Of a stretch of DNA of 42,940 bases, positions 1 through 13,500 are shown piece after piece. Position numbers and translations under genes: made by a program. The notes beneath the pieces were generated by a model that saw only the letters and a program-made list of their open reading frames with translations, searched no databases and was not told where the DNA came from. Origin of the DNA: Catajapyx aquilonaris (taxonomy: Eukaryota); NCBI GenBank assembly GCA_000934665.2, contig JYFJ02003371.1:1-42940 (forward strand), in the 5' to 3' direction. Every line of letters begins with the position of its first letter. The stretch's first letter is position 1.

Positions 1-61
1 AGGGCCCGCGGCGTCGACGAGAACTAAAACCAAAACCGTCGACGGCCTGTGTGAATGGGCC
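1..61. mobile_element. Right end of a small MITE, same family as 22237-22334
   Basis: accaaaaccgtcgacggcctgtgtgaatgggcct followed by tta is the reverse complement of the left terminus of the element at 22237. Confidence 0.6.
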
Positions 62-1995
62 TTTATTCAACACACTTTGGCGCTTACCCATAGTGCTACC
101 TTGATGGTCCTCAGAAAGCATAGTTCAACAATTGAATGCGCTGACAAAAAAATAATTTATATATTATTTTTACATCTTAGAGATAATAGAGAAAAGTGTG
201 ATATCAGCAATGCTAAGAACTGGAATGATCTACCTCGTAAATTTACACTGCTTCAAAATTTGTCACCATTTACAATGACCAAGCAAGGCAGCTTTTGTTT
301 CTTCCAAACTTGCCTGCAATATCCTGCATCTAGTTATGATTAGACTGAGAAATGTATAAATTTTTAGGCTCACCCTAAGTTTGTTTCGATATGAGCTCGC
401 ATTTGTCGCTTGGCAAATGTAAATATGGTAATCGGTGTCGTGCCTAACCAGCTGAGACATATCATGTCTGGCGTTACCATTGAAATGTTTTCCGTAGGTG
501 CTGGTGATCTTTTTACCATACATGTATCTCCACACAAAGAGTCGATCGGGGTAAGAGCTGAGCTTCTGGAGAGCTAGGCACTGGGATACTTCTCATTCAA
601 TACTTCGTACACAGGGGAGGGCTGAACAAGTGAACGCTCCTACGGCAGGTTTGTTTGGATGAGGCTACTTTTCATGTGCATCATCAAGAACAATGTGTGT
701 GGTGTAAAGACCAGTCATCTTCCGACACCTACGGGTTAGGATCGCAACGGTAACTCCAGAAAAGGTTTAGCTCGAGACCGAATACCGTCTTTTATTATTT
801 CTCGTGCGACAAATGAAACTCGTACCGAAACAAACAAAACGTTTTGCAAATCTTTCACCAAACCTGAACTTTTACCAAGGTGGCCCATGATTTGTTCTTG
901 TTGTAATGCACCAATTGAACATTGTGCAATGAGAGCATTTATTTTATTAAATATCCAGCAGGTAACCTGGTGTTGCAAGGGCATGGTGTGTTGTGGCTCT
1001 GGGCTTGAGAAACACTGCTAATAGTGACTGAAGTGTGAAAGGGGCCACCCTACCGCGACTGAGGAAATGTACAGGTGGAAATTTTTCCCAATGCACAAGT
1101 ATGCGCATGCTGAGTTACATTTGTATCTGGTAACTCGACTTCAAAATTTCATGCTCCGAAGCCACAACACTTGCACCAGGTTGCTAGTCGCCGGCCAACG
1201 CCAACGAGAGATAAAGGTCCGCCATCTTTGGTGGTGTTGGCGGCCAGGCGGTGGCACCTTTTTGCCGTATTTACGGAATAATACGTAGAAAAGTGCATTA
1301 AAGGAACTCATACGGCAAAAATATTCTCATTCATCCGTGTTCTTACCGTGAAGTGCGACGGGCTGTCCGCCAACACCACCAAAGATGGCGGACCTTTTCG
1401 GCCTGCCTGTACCCTATTTATCCCTCGTGTGTGTTGGCCAGCGACTCGCGACCGGATGCAAGTGTTGTGGCTTCGGAACATCGCCTTTTGGCTGTATTTT
1501 CATCCTGCTAACTTTGAAATTAGCAGCGGAGGTGATGTTTTCTCAACACTATAGGCCAAGGTGAATTAGAAAATCCAAAATTTTTCAAAATTCAGGAGGG
1601 TAAGAAGAGTTACTTTGGTTGTCAGTCTACTTTTATAGATGCAGGTTTTTGCGAAAATCCAGTCGAATTCTCTTCTTTTTTTTGTGCAATTTGTTCCACT
1701 TTAACCCTAATTAGACGGGTGGTTTTTCGCATTTTAGCAAGTATCTGCAAAAAAATTCGCTTGCTTTGTCACTTGGGGGACGAGACGTAAATACGCTAGT
1801 GAATAAGTTCGTATAGTGGCCAGGCCTGATCCTGAGGCCATCTGTATGACCCTCCTCTCATACCATACGCAGGGGAAATTCTTCAACAAGGTGGCGCAGG
1901 GGGTATCGTGCCTACTCCAATTTTTTGTCACTCTGCCTGCTTGACAAAAAGTATATCGGTATGTAGCCTTTGCACCGCTGAACAAAGCAGTACAT

Positions 1996-2288
1996 AATAA
2001 TAATTTAATAATTCATACCCCGTTATCAGCCTATCGGCTCTTTAGGGGGGAAGTTTTGTTTTTGCCTGGAACTCTTTGCTTTCATTTTACTGCGCTTTTT
2101 GGGGTAGGATAGGGACGGGAGGAAGCGGCTGTGGCCTATTAATTACGGAAACAACTCCGGAATTTTCCTGGAAGGACCGGGGGAAACCACAGAAAACCAC
2201 GGTCAGAGTTGCCGGCCCCGGGATTTGATCCCAGGACCTCCCGATTAGCAGTCGGACACCATATCCCCTACTCCAAACTGCTTCGGTT
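1996..2288 (-). mobile_element. tRNA-derived SINE, family A, copy 1
   Basis: The minus strand has a tRNA-like head (accgaagcag..., B-box-like gggatcaaatcccgg) and a (TTA)n tail. It is flanked by a target-site duplication, caaagcagtacataa (1983-1997 and 2289-2303). Close copies lie at 36805-37126 and 37429-37807. Confidence 0.9.
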
Positions 2289-3695
2289 CAAAGCAGTACA
2301 TAAGCACATAGCATGAATTACGTCACAAGCCTGCCAGGCGAGCTACAGTGATAAACACACACACCCTCCCGACTGGAAACCTCCCTTGCGCCACAGCTGT
2401 TCTAAAACCCCGTGGGGTATGCGCCCCTCCATCCTGACGGAGGCCGGCCGGGAGTTGGGCAGTGAGCCGCCAGCAGCTAATCGGCATTTGCGAACATTTT
2501 AAATTTATTTTTAAAGCTTTACATTATCGTATGCACTAATTTTATTGTGGAATCTCTTGAGGACGTTTGGGGACAACTGTGTATGCCACAAATTAGCCGC
2601 CAAGGTCGGATATATTATTATTTTCTTTTGTTTTTTTTTGTCACTGGTCGCAAAGTTAATCTGGTTAATCCGGTTTATTTTTGTAAGATTTTGTAGTCCA
2701 AAACTCGCGATTTTTTACGCGAGAGAAAATTTAAAAAGCCACACAGAAACCACGTTACATAGTGGGGAAAATGCTACAGTTTTGCCAGCAGAATTTTTTT
2801 AGAGCTACCGTATCAGTATATGATGCGCCTGTCTTATTAGCGTTAACACCGTATCCGGCTTTTGGTCTCACTCATAATCTACCATTGCATGAGAAATGAA
2901 AATTAATTTTTAAAAAATAATTCCTTTTTGCCTCGTCGGGAATTTAAAGTAGAAATAATTGAAAAATTGAGAATTTGAAATGCATATTTTTTGCAAAACC
3001 AGAATGTATAGAACTTCACTTTTTCATGTGGAATTATTACACACAACTTTCAGTAATTATTTAGGCAGTTTGAGGGAAGAAACCATCCTGGAATTGCGGC
3101 TTTGTGATTAATAATGGGTAATGAATTTCATGAGAGAAGTATTTTATGAAAACCAGTTGAACTTGACATTTTGGGAGTGGAAATTTCAACATTTACCACC
3201 CATTCTGAAATGGTATGTTTTGCTTCTAGGTTTAGCCAATATGTGGTGTAAGGCTTTCACATGTGCAACTTGTGAAAGTTTTATGATTACTTATCATACA
3301 AGTATATTTTGTAGAATAGAATTCTCAGCAGGTGCACGCAAGAAAATCTCCCGTTATTATCGATATACAAGCGTAACAAGTAACCAGAATTATAAAATGT
3401 TCCCCCTGATATATTGGACGTGGCCAATAGCTCCATGACTAGTGTTAAGCCAGACCGAGTACCAATGCTGATGAAAATAATTTTTGTGCAAAAGTAACTA
3501 CTGATTGGCCGTACATAAAAATAATTTAAAAAAAAGAACTTGCTGTGCTGTGCCATGTTTACGAAACCATAATTAATTGATGGTACTGTGTTTTGAAGGC
3601 TATGTTAAGCTCTTTAAGCTTGTTCCTTCATCTCTTGGTCATCGTTCCTTTTTTAGGCCCAGACCTGCCAGATATTTTTTTGGATTTGGCTGTAA

Positions 3696-3870
3696 AGGCC
3701 GGTATCTACGTACGAGATTCTCGCATACGAGGAGCCGCGAGGAGCCAACTGGGCATGCCCAGATACGAGAAAGTTGAAAATTTTCAACTTTTTCCCCCTT
3801 TCCTCGTATCTGCGCAGTTGGCTCCTCGCGGCTCCTCGTATGCGAGAATCTCGTACGTGGATACCGGCCT
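3696..3870. mobile_element. Palindromic MITE, PIF/Harbinger (Tourist)-like
   Basis: ~55 bp terminal inverted repeats (aggccggtatctacgtacgagattctcgcatacgaggagccgcgaggagccaactg) with TAA on both sides (3693-3695, 3871-3873). A deleted copy lies at 18731. Confidence 0.85.
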
Positions 3871-4859
3871 TAACAAGTCTTTCTGGACCAGGTCTGGACA
3901 TTGACCTGGATGCTCGAAAGTGGACTGGCTGGACAGTTCTGGTAATTCGGGTTTGCACTCCCCAAGTCTGCAATTTTCAGAGTGCAAATTGCATATTTGC
4001 AGCCAAATATTTGATAATAAGGTTAACAGTGAAAGTATACTATGACTATTGGATTTGATATGTCAGAAATTGTTGGGGTACGTACATGATATTGTTGGAA
4101 AGGATGGGGATCCAGCAATCGCTAATTCAATACCATTAACTTGTTTCCAGATAGTCTTACATTGCTAGCACTAATTGTCTTGTTTGTTCAATATTCAGTT
4201 AGGTGTAGAGTAAGACGTTCTATAACGCACTGTTATGAGCAGATGTTGATGAGATTTGCAAGTTAGAGTCGAACGATGCGTTCGTCGGACAGTCTCATGT
4301 GTGATAGGGGGGAAAAAAACGTCATCGCTCAGTACTAATGTTGTAATTATCTAATTATACCAAATGAGATAAAGCAGTAGCTAGGCTATGTTTTAGCCGA
4401 CGGTTACTCTTCTGTGTGTGTAATAATACAGCTCTACCACATTTCTGGTGCTTCCAGTACTGCATTTTTGGCAGTTCCAGTGATGCAGAATTGGTTCCCA
4501 CCTCGTAGCTTGATTGGTTTCACACATGCCTAGGATAAGCCTAATTACAGTTGCGCAATTGTAGCACAAACCAAGGCTGTAAGTGTGTCGGGCAAAAGTT
4601 AGTCAATATTGTGCATGTCTGAATCAATAATTTTCTCATGTCAATAGCAGACCCTTTTTATGTTTTTTAATTATTAGGTGATCCCAATGTAATGATATCT
4701 GCCAATGTTCTGAGTTACAGTGACCAGCTGGGTGTTCAGCACTTGCATTTTTAATTGATTTAAATTATTGGGGGAGCTATTTCAGCAATTCGGAAATGGA
4801 AATTTGGGGGTTGGTTGGGAAGGGGCTTGGTTGGCCTCAGCATCACCGCTCATTTTCAG

Positions 4860-5741
4860 ACGGCCGCCGGATAAGCGGACCAACTTTGTTAAGCTGGGAG
4901 CCGTGGCCCCCTTCCACTGCCCATGGAACAAGCTCGTTCAAGACTGGTCCAAGGACGCTGAGGGCTCGAAATCGGAGGATAGCCCTGATAGCTCCAAGAC
5001 TGGTGAAGATGAGCCGCCAAACTTCTGGGTGCTGCGGGACAAGAGTCGGCTTCACAGGCTGCAGCGGGCTTTAGATAACGAGGCGGGCGAGGCGGTCGGG
5101 GAAGGAAGCGAGGCGGAGCAGTGCTTGGTCGCAGTCCGTCTTCATATGGATCGGCGGGGAAGGATGGGACCGCATTCCATGGTGTGCCTGCCTAACCCGC
5201 AGGACATTGCGGGTGAGCCGGCGGAGGAGCCGCTTCATAGGGATGAGAACGAGGCGGAACGGCACCGTACCAGAGAGGAGCACCGGAAAGTACTGAGGTA
5301 AGCCACATGCTTCGATGTCAAACGTGCGATACTAATGTAGACTTGTTTAGGCGGCTGAAGCGCAAGAGGCGGAGGTTACGCCAGCGTTTGAAAGAGGCTG
5401 GAGGAGGCCGTGAGCTGGACCGTCGGGACCTGAAGCGCAACCAGGAGCTGAGTTCCCTGGACTCGTCGGGACCGTCAAAGCAGCACGATGAGAAGCAGCG
5501 GGCGATGTGGCTTCCTCCAGTCTCGGATGTGAAAGAGTCTTGTTCCAGGTCCGTCGCAGGATTCGTGTGCGAGGGAGAGTTTTCCTTCACCGAGGCGTGC
5601 GGTGAGAGCCTTGGGTTCATGGCGCTCCCGGCGCTCACCAGGCTCATGCGCACCAGGGAGTGGAACCCCCAACTCCTGGTGGTCATGCGGAACCCAAACT
5701 GCAGGCTGTTCAGGCTCGCTTCCGTCTCCATTGTGCTGTGA
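4860..5741 (+). CDS. POP1: RNase P/MRP protein subunit POP1, last two coding exons (4860-5297, 5351-5741); upstream exons not identified in the window
   Basis: The translation [29 protein letters not shown]...[26 protein letters not shown]...[21 protein letters not shown] resembles the POP1 POPLD/C-terminal region. The acceptor ttttcag ends at 4859. The GT-AG intron 5298-5350 preserves frame. Confidence 0.88.
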
Positions 5742-6664
5742 CCCACCCCCACTTCCTTCCAAACCCAACTAAAAAAAAAAGGGGGACCTATCCAGGGGGT
5801 TCTGTTCCTTCCCATATGTTCACCCATTGTTGCAAAAAGTGTTCATTGTTAAGTAACACACACAAAAAAAGAAGAGTTTAATGACGTGAAAATTAATCGA
5901 GGGGGCGGAATTTGGTTGTAGCTAAAAAGTGCTGCCAACGTGACAATGGGTCGCCAAACCTCCAGATGTGATCCTGTTTGTTGTTCGAGACAAATGTGTG
6001 TACATAAACATACATTACAGAGGAGACGGATGATATTACGGGAGGGCGTAACCTTTATTTTCTGTTGTGGAAAACTTGTGTGAATGGGAGGAATTCTGAG
6101 GGGGGGGAAATAATTGAGGCGAATACAGACGTTCGTTCAGTTTTTGTGAGAAAAATTCTGGTCCATTTATTTCACACCGTTGTTGTCCCCAGCTGTGCCC
6201 ATTTTTAGGCCTGTTCCAGCAATGACTGGTCCCGTGATAGGTGCGAGTTCAATGGAAAGGGTATTTTCCAAATGTAATTCATGGAGACCAAGCATGCACT
6301 TGTCCATCAGGAAAAGGAGGTTTGTCCCGTTACACAGGTTGGCTAGTCCACTAATCATATATTTACATGCCCATCGACAAACATTTTCAGGTCGGCTTCT
6401 CAAGGCATGGAAAATGGGTTACAACCTCTTGCACAGAAGCAGCGCTTCGTGTACTTTCAGCCGAATGACAAAAGTCCTTCAACTACTGCTAAGCGCATGT
6501 GCACAGTCGTGGAAGACCTTCCAGTACACACAGTAACTAGTCATCTTCAATACCTCCAGAGGTGTAATCGTGTATAGTACTCAAAATGAAATAAAAATAA
6601 AATTAATATCCGACGTGTGTACGTACAATATAGGAGGATTCCATTGTTCTCTGTCAGTTACATC

Positions 6665-6960
6665 AGAGGGGCAAACATTCGATTTCCGCGTCTCTCTGTT
6701 TGGGGTCGTTGCCAAGGCTATCGGCCATTTTGAAGTGTGGGTAACGCCAACGAGGTATAAATAGGGTCCGCCTTCTTTGATGGTTGTGGCGGCTATGGCA
6801 ACTATACACGGCAAGAACACGCGCGAATCAAAGATGGCGGACCCAATTTTTGCCTGTACCCTATATATACTTCGTTGGCGTTGCCCACACTTCAAAATGG
6901 CCGCCAGCCTTGGCAACGGCCCCAAACCGAGAGACGCGGAAATCGAATGTTTGCGCCTCT
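6665..6960. mobile_element. MITE with ~100 bp TIRs (family B), Harbinger-like
   Basis: agagg(g/c)gcaaacattcgatttccgcgtctctc...gtataaataggg is mirrored at the right end. A second copy lies at 16851-17131 and a related fragment near 1370-1430. Confidence 0.8.
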
Positions 6961-7339
6961 TATGTATTATAATATGCTCCCTGTCCAGATTGAGAAGATG
7001 GTCAAGGAGGTGTATAGTACTCAAAATGAAAAATAAAAATAATATCCGACGCGTGTACAGTATAGGAGGATTCCGTTGTTCATGTCCATTACATTCACAT
7101 AAGCTTGTGCGACCTTGAACAAAAAAAAAATATTTCGCCTGCGGCGGATTTTTCTCGGTTGTGTTCGTTTTACCTTTTGCAGCGCGTATTTTGCGAGATT
7201 TTGAAAATTCCTAAGGACATATTCGCATGTATGTAATATTTTCCCCCCTAATGCTTCATTCATAAAACGCAGTTTTAAAATGTGCGGTAATTTTCGGCGA
7301 AATACGGTATTTTTTTTTTGACTCGGGTGATACGGTAGC

Positions 7340-7430
7340 TTCTAATGGTCAGGTTGGCAACGCTGAGAAGACAAGAAGAAGAAAAAAAAAAAAAGGAACA
7401 AAATCGGCGGCCATCTTTTATTTCGAATGT
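7340..7430 (+). promoter_or_regulatory. Putative SUMO core promoter region
   Basis: GTTGGCAACGC (~7353) and a YY1/Pho-like CGGCCATCTT (~7408) lie 140-200 bp upstream of the SUMO ATG. The motif identities are inferred. Confidence 0.4.
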
Positions 7431-7551
7431 TGGCTTGGTGAGATCGGTTGTGTCCGCGGCTGTGTCCTAGTTCTTCGCTTGGAGAACTACACCAGAAGGC
7501 GGGTTAGAGCTCAGGGCAGAGGTCAGCCCAAGGGGGGAGGTCACAGAGAAG

Positions 7552-10500
7552 ATGGCCGGAGACGGAGACAGCAAGGTGGGTGATGCTCTTCGAGGGAGGA
7601 AATGACCCCCATCCATTTCAGGGGTCAACACCCCTACTTGCAAAACATTCCTAACACTCACCCCTGGCAACGCAGAGCCAGACAAAACGGTTGCTACAAC
7701 AAGAGAGAGAGTGTTCTTGGGTGTTGCCCCTGGTTACCCCCAAAAGATGTTTTGAGAAAACAGTGTCAGTTGGCCTGGGAGAGTGGAAGGAATAGAACGC
7801 TGCTTCTCTTGGCTCTCCCCCTTCTCGCAGTCCCCCGAGGTCCACTTGAATTCACTGAGCGGCAATGGCCTTCGAGAGCGCAGTACCCGACACGGTAACT
7901 ATGCTCTTTGGCGTCAGGAGCGACTCGGTTGCGTTGCCTAACTACGGGGGGAGATTCGAGGAAAAAAAAAACCACAACGTACACTATTTTCCATGCCTTT
8001 ACATGCACAATGGTGTCACATTTTAATTAGTTAGTTTGTTGAGGTTAACCTGAACTTAAAAAGAGGACAAAGCGGCATGTACCGTTGATTAAACCTCCTT
8101 GAAGTAGGAGATTATCACAAAAACCTTCCATTCTGAAAAAAAAAAACAAAAAAATGGGTAGTAAGACCTCTATGGCGGATAGAAATTTATTAAACAAGAC
8201 AGGTATGCGTAAGGCCTAGCTTCACTAGATTATCGTAATGCTACATTACGAAGGGTATGTGTAAAATTTTTACTAATATGTGAATATGTAATCAGCGTCT
8301 TACCAAAATAATATAATATAACAAGATAATAATAATAATAATGGATACCCCGTGTTGGGCCTCTTAGGGGATCATCTTTTATTTAACCGACTTTAATCAT
8401 TTGCCTGCGCTGTGATGGATTTTGATAGCGGGAGGAAACGGGAGAACCCCGAGAAAACCCACGCGAACACGGAGAGAACCCATCGAAACTCTATCCACAT
8501 AAGAATCCTCCGTCCGACCCGGGGATCGAACTTGGGACCTTAGAGGTGGAAGGCTGCGGCACTAACCACTCCGCCACCATGTCGCCCTAACAAGAAAATG
8601 TAAATTTATTTATAATATAATACGGTATATCTTATAAAATACTTATATTTTTACTGAAACACTTGGCATGAAATGTCTTAGGTTTCAACTAATATATGAA
8701 TAAGAGCAAAAAAAATTCCCTTGAGTGAAAAAAAAGGGTAGTAAGACCTCTGTGGCGGAATGAAAGTACTGAAACAAGGCAGGCGCACGTAAGACCTTCA
8801 CCAATTGATTTAAGCTGTACCATAGGTCTTACTCAAGCAATTTCCAATTTACTGCTCATGAAATCTCCTTTCTGAAAACAATTTGTGGAATTTTCGTTAC
8901 ACTACTAGTTACTTCTAACTTAGCAGTATCAGTGTAGTGCAAGGGTACTGCTCAGTTAGCAGTAACTATAGTTACTAGTAGTACAACAAAAATTCCACAC
9001 ATTAATTTTCCGTGAGCCACTCCATATAAGTGTATAAGTGAAATTAGGAACTTCAATATTAAGCACCTTGAATTTCTATGCGATTGGTGCGAATTATTGC
9101 CATGAAACATTCATGCAGAATCTGCACCCCTTTCAGATGCTGATTTTAACTCTGTTTAATCCTTCACATATAAACGTTAACTAGGAAAACCCTCACTCCG
9201 CTTGCATTTTCCTCGGGCGCAGGCCCAGTAAACCACTCGCTTCACTCGCTCTTTTCTAGGCCTGTGGCCTGGGGTACCTATTCGGTGCACCATATCGCCG
9301 GATGAGGGTGTAACGTTAACCTTCCAGCAGTCTTCGAATGTCCCAATTAGTGAGAACATGTCATTCGTGTGTCTGTCGTTCCATTACTGACTTTGTGAAC
9401 AACTTCACAGTGGTGCCAACTGGGCAACAATACAGAGAAGGAATGGACAGTTTCCCCGGCAACTCACCAGTGGTGTTGTTTACACCACATGGCGCATGTG
9501 TTGAAAGAGGGCCAATCGGAACGTGGCAGTAACGACAATATGGGGGCGCACCAATCAGACTACTTATACAAACACCGCAAGGATTTTAATATTATAGATT
9601 GGTGAATTTTAGAGGGTCTTTTTCGATTGGACCAAGTCTGTTAGGATGGGTTTAGTTTTTTTCCAATTTTTTTTTCCTTTTCGAAATAAAACCCTACCTA
9701 CTGCTCTGAGTAGTTTGTAGCAGTAATTTTTACTAGCCGTTCCATGCAGTACTTGAAAATTGCTTGAGTAAGACCTGTGGTACAGCTTAAATCAATTGGT
9801 GAAGGTCTTACGTGCGCCTGCCTTGTTTCAGTACTTTCATTCCGCCGTGGAGGTCTTACTTCTCTTTTTTTACTGAAGGGAAAGTTTTTGCTCTTATTTC
9901 AGTTCTTTTTTTAAACCCATTCGCAATACCAGATATACCGGTACCGCCATCGCCTAGGTTGTCGCTTGCAATTACTCTCAAGATAAGGACAAGATATTTT
10001 ACAAATAATAACAGTTTAGTGATACATGTAGGATCATATCATACTAACACCTTTATGCTCTACACTACAGTCTGCACTATGAATGTATTGGAGACGATAT
10101 TCGTCGCTTAGAAGTCCCTGAAATGATTTTCACAGAGATAGTCGTAAAAAAACGAAAGTCGAGTGCTACCAGCCAACGGTTAGTCTGATTTAATTGCCTC
10201 CGTCGCATCTGAAAACTCCCAAACTTACTTAATTTTCGCGAAATGCGACGATTTCAGCAAATTCGTGTGCCCATTTCTCAAGGTAGATTTTCCGCATATA
10301 CTGTAGCATAATTTACTAATTAAATCAGCTTAAGAGTTGGCCGGTAATACCTGGCGATGGCGATGGCAATGGCAATATAGCAGGTAGCGAAGGGGTTAAT
10401 AGTACACTTGAATCCAGATAAAACAAACTTCAAGAGACTGCGGAAAAAGTTTGTTATAACCGAGGTCTGTTATAGCCAATTTGTCACGCAATGAAAACAG

Positions 10501-13500
10501 AGATTTCTGCTTTCAATATGGCTGCAATATGCACTACTACAAGACTACATGCCGATTAATGAAATCTGTCAAAAATGTAATATTAGCTCACCCAAAAATT
10601 ATGAAGGATCAAAATTTCCGAAATTTTCTTCTGCCGTCTTCTTTGTGCAAATTTTGTGCCTGGAAAACTATATTTTCCCACCGAGGGCCAAGAAATGGTA
10701 TGTTATACCCAAGGTGAGGTGTGAAAATGAGTCCGTTAATCAGGAGTAAAATGCACAGGGCCTTATGGAAGCATGCCGGGACCGGCCTTCATAACCAAAA
10801 GTCTGCATAAGGCTGCTTTATCCGGATTCAACTGTAATAATAAGTACAATCCGCTCACCCCAGAGATTTCGCTAACCCAGAGATTTCGCTAACAATATGG
10901 CGAGGTGTAAATAGGAATTGACATTGCTAGGTGGTGGAATCAGGAACAAATGAGGTATTTGACGGAGAAAAAAATCATAACTTAAATCCTGCAGCAGGTG
11001 GAACTGCGAGGTTTTGAACACAGATCCACACCGTCCTATTGACGGAGAAGGAAAACCCGGAAAAATTTACCTTGTTGTTTTAGGTTGTTTGGTCTTGCAA
11101 TAGGGACTACCGTCCCTACAATATTCGAATTTTCCAAATGCGTGCGGAACAGTGCCTGTTCGCATGGCAACAGTCAGCCATTGTTGATGCCATTGGCACC
11201 ATTGGTATTGTTGAAATGTCATTTGGTTGCCTTAGTTTAGTATTGTGTTGACAGGTTGCTACTGCAACAACAAATGACAATGCCATATGGAAGCAGGTTG
11301 CATGAAAACATGGGTACGAAATGGGTGATCGCAGGACAGACAAACAGACTTTACCTTTTGTAACAATACAGATAACAGTGGCAATGGGGTATGGTCATCG
11401 AGACTAATGTGCATGTTGTTCATATTCATTTGTAACGTGAAGAGGTGAAGGTCACCACGGAATATACGGCAGCTTCCCCGAGAAATCACCTAAATTACCT
11501 CCCAACTTTCCCTTCCTACAAACAACGTACTCTCACCTCAAACCCAACAACATCCCATACGAAAACATCCTTTCCCTCTCCTTGGAGAAGCAGAATAAAA
11601 AGGGGGAAGCTGCCGACCAACAAGGTGAGAGTCAGAGTCAAGCCGACCAGCAAGAGACACTCAAGCACTCGTCACTCGAGGGGCTCGGGGACTCATCACT
11701 AGAGACCTCGAGTCAGAGGCACTGACACGGTTACGGTTGTGGTGGTGTACGTGTGATTGTACCTGCTGTGCTGAGGACAGAATTAAATGACATTTAGAAA
11801 GCAACCTCCCGTCTCTGATAATTCACCGGAAAGTGCCCCTCCCGGCCCGTTGTGGCCCGGGCACCTTACCTACGTCTCCCTGACCCAACCCTGTCCAACC
11901 ACCCCCCTATCCCAACCATCCCCCATCCTTATCCCACCTTCCCCCATTTGTCACGTTACACATTGCATACCCGGAGCGTTCGAAAATTGATCATGTAAAT
12001 GGGCCTTGACTGTGTACCTGCTCATTGTTTTGCAACTGGAAGTAATTACTGACAATTGACAATTCTTTACCCCTCTCACTCCATTCACAGACTGAGTCGC
12101 AGCCGGAGCTAGAGCATGTCAACTTGAAGGTTGTGGGGCAGGATGGCAGCATCGTTCAGTTCAAGATCAAGAAGCACACCCAGCTGAGGAAGCTCATGTC
12201 CGCTTACTGCGAGCGCTCCGTCAGTATCTCCAGTTGTTATCTCTGATTTGACATTTGCATTTTTGTTTTTTTTTGGTTGTTTTTTTTTGGCTGTGCGGTA
12301 GTAAAAATACTGTAGCTCAAGATGGCTCTGAATGAGATCTGATGAAGCAGGCCCACTGTCAGTTTGTGCTGTACTGTACAGCTATGGAAAGCAACCAACA
12401 GTGATTGGTACTTGTTTATTATTACAACCTGGTCTTTGCACGGCCTGTTTCCATGGTAATGTAATCAACAGCTGTTGTTAAAGTCATACTAATGTACGGA
12501 AGATGAGAGAACGATCTGACGTCACCAAAGGTTTCCAAGGAAACACCCTCACCGAACAATAGGAGTAAACAGTGTCGACAAAAAAGCAACAATGGAAGAA
12601 GCGATGACGTCAGATCTTTCTCACGTTTTCCGTACATTATATATTTTTCTAGCATCCCATAGTTAAAGGGGAAGGCCCTTTTCATGCAAACAAACATACC
12701 CCCAAAAAATGTATTATCTCAATTTACTGTTTGGTTTGGGAACTATTGTGAATTTATGACCCCCCAGTTCAAAAATTCAGCAACTAATTATTAGGCAAGC
12801 ATATCTGTGTTAACATGTCGGCAGGAATTGCTAGAAAGTCTTGTCCCATGTGTCCACAATAATTCTTACGCAATTTTTTTGTCAGTTATGGCACCATGGT
12901 AAGTGTCAAATATTTTTGCGTGGCACCTAGTTCATATTTTTCATGATTAATAAGTCATTTCACAACAAAAAAAATTAATATTCCCTACAAAATGCTCTAC
13001 CGTATTTTTACAACTGTGCGGCATTCATATTTGGTAAAACAAAAATTGCTTTTGAACCACTTTGGGTGCATTTACATATTGGCAAATTTTCTGACCAAAC
13101 TTTATTTTTTGGCATAAACAATATTTTAAAGTTATTATCATTCAGATTATTATTATTGTTGTTGTTATTATATGATTGCAGCCGCTTGAACTACTATACT
13201 TGCACAGACATGACCAAAAAACCCGAAATTTGTCACATGTGAATGACCTTTTGTGGCAGTGACTTCTGCAATCTCATTGTTAGCAACAAATTCTGCGCAG
13301 ACTTGCATTAATTATGTACATTAAAATTTTGCAGATGCATTTGTCTGGCCCAGTGCTGCATTGATTTTGGATAATTTCCGCGATGATCTTATGACGTGAT
13401 CAATTTGCAGGGCCTTGCTGTCGGGACGGTTCGCTTCAGATTTGATGGGCAGCCGATCACTGACACGGACAGTCCGACCTCCCTGGAGATGGAAGACGGC

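Noticed and set aside
77..984. Short ORFs on both strands and a possible small exon near 499-550
   Set aside because: No recognisable protein similarity, and I could not link them to POP1 or any consistent spliced model.
4768..4859. ORF-track start for the POP1 segment
   Set aside because: POP1 similarity begins at the ttttcag acceptor (4859); the upstream part is intronic.
6167..6560. Coding-looking stretch between POP1 and SUMO (ORFs 6167-6403 minus, 6180-6536 plus)
   Set aside because: The extended minus frame has in-frame stops and there is no recognisable family. It could be a decayed gene or TE fragment, but I cannot support a call.
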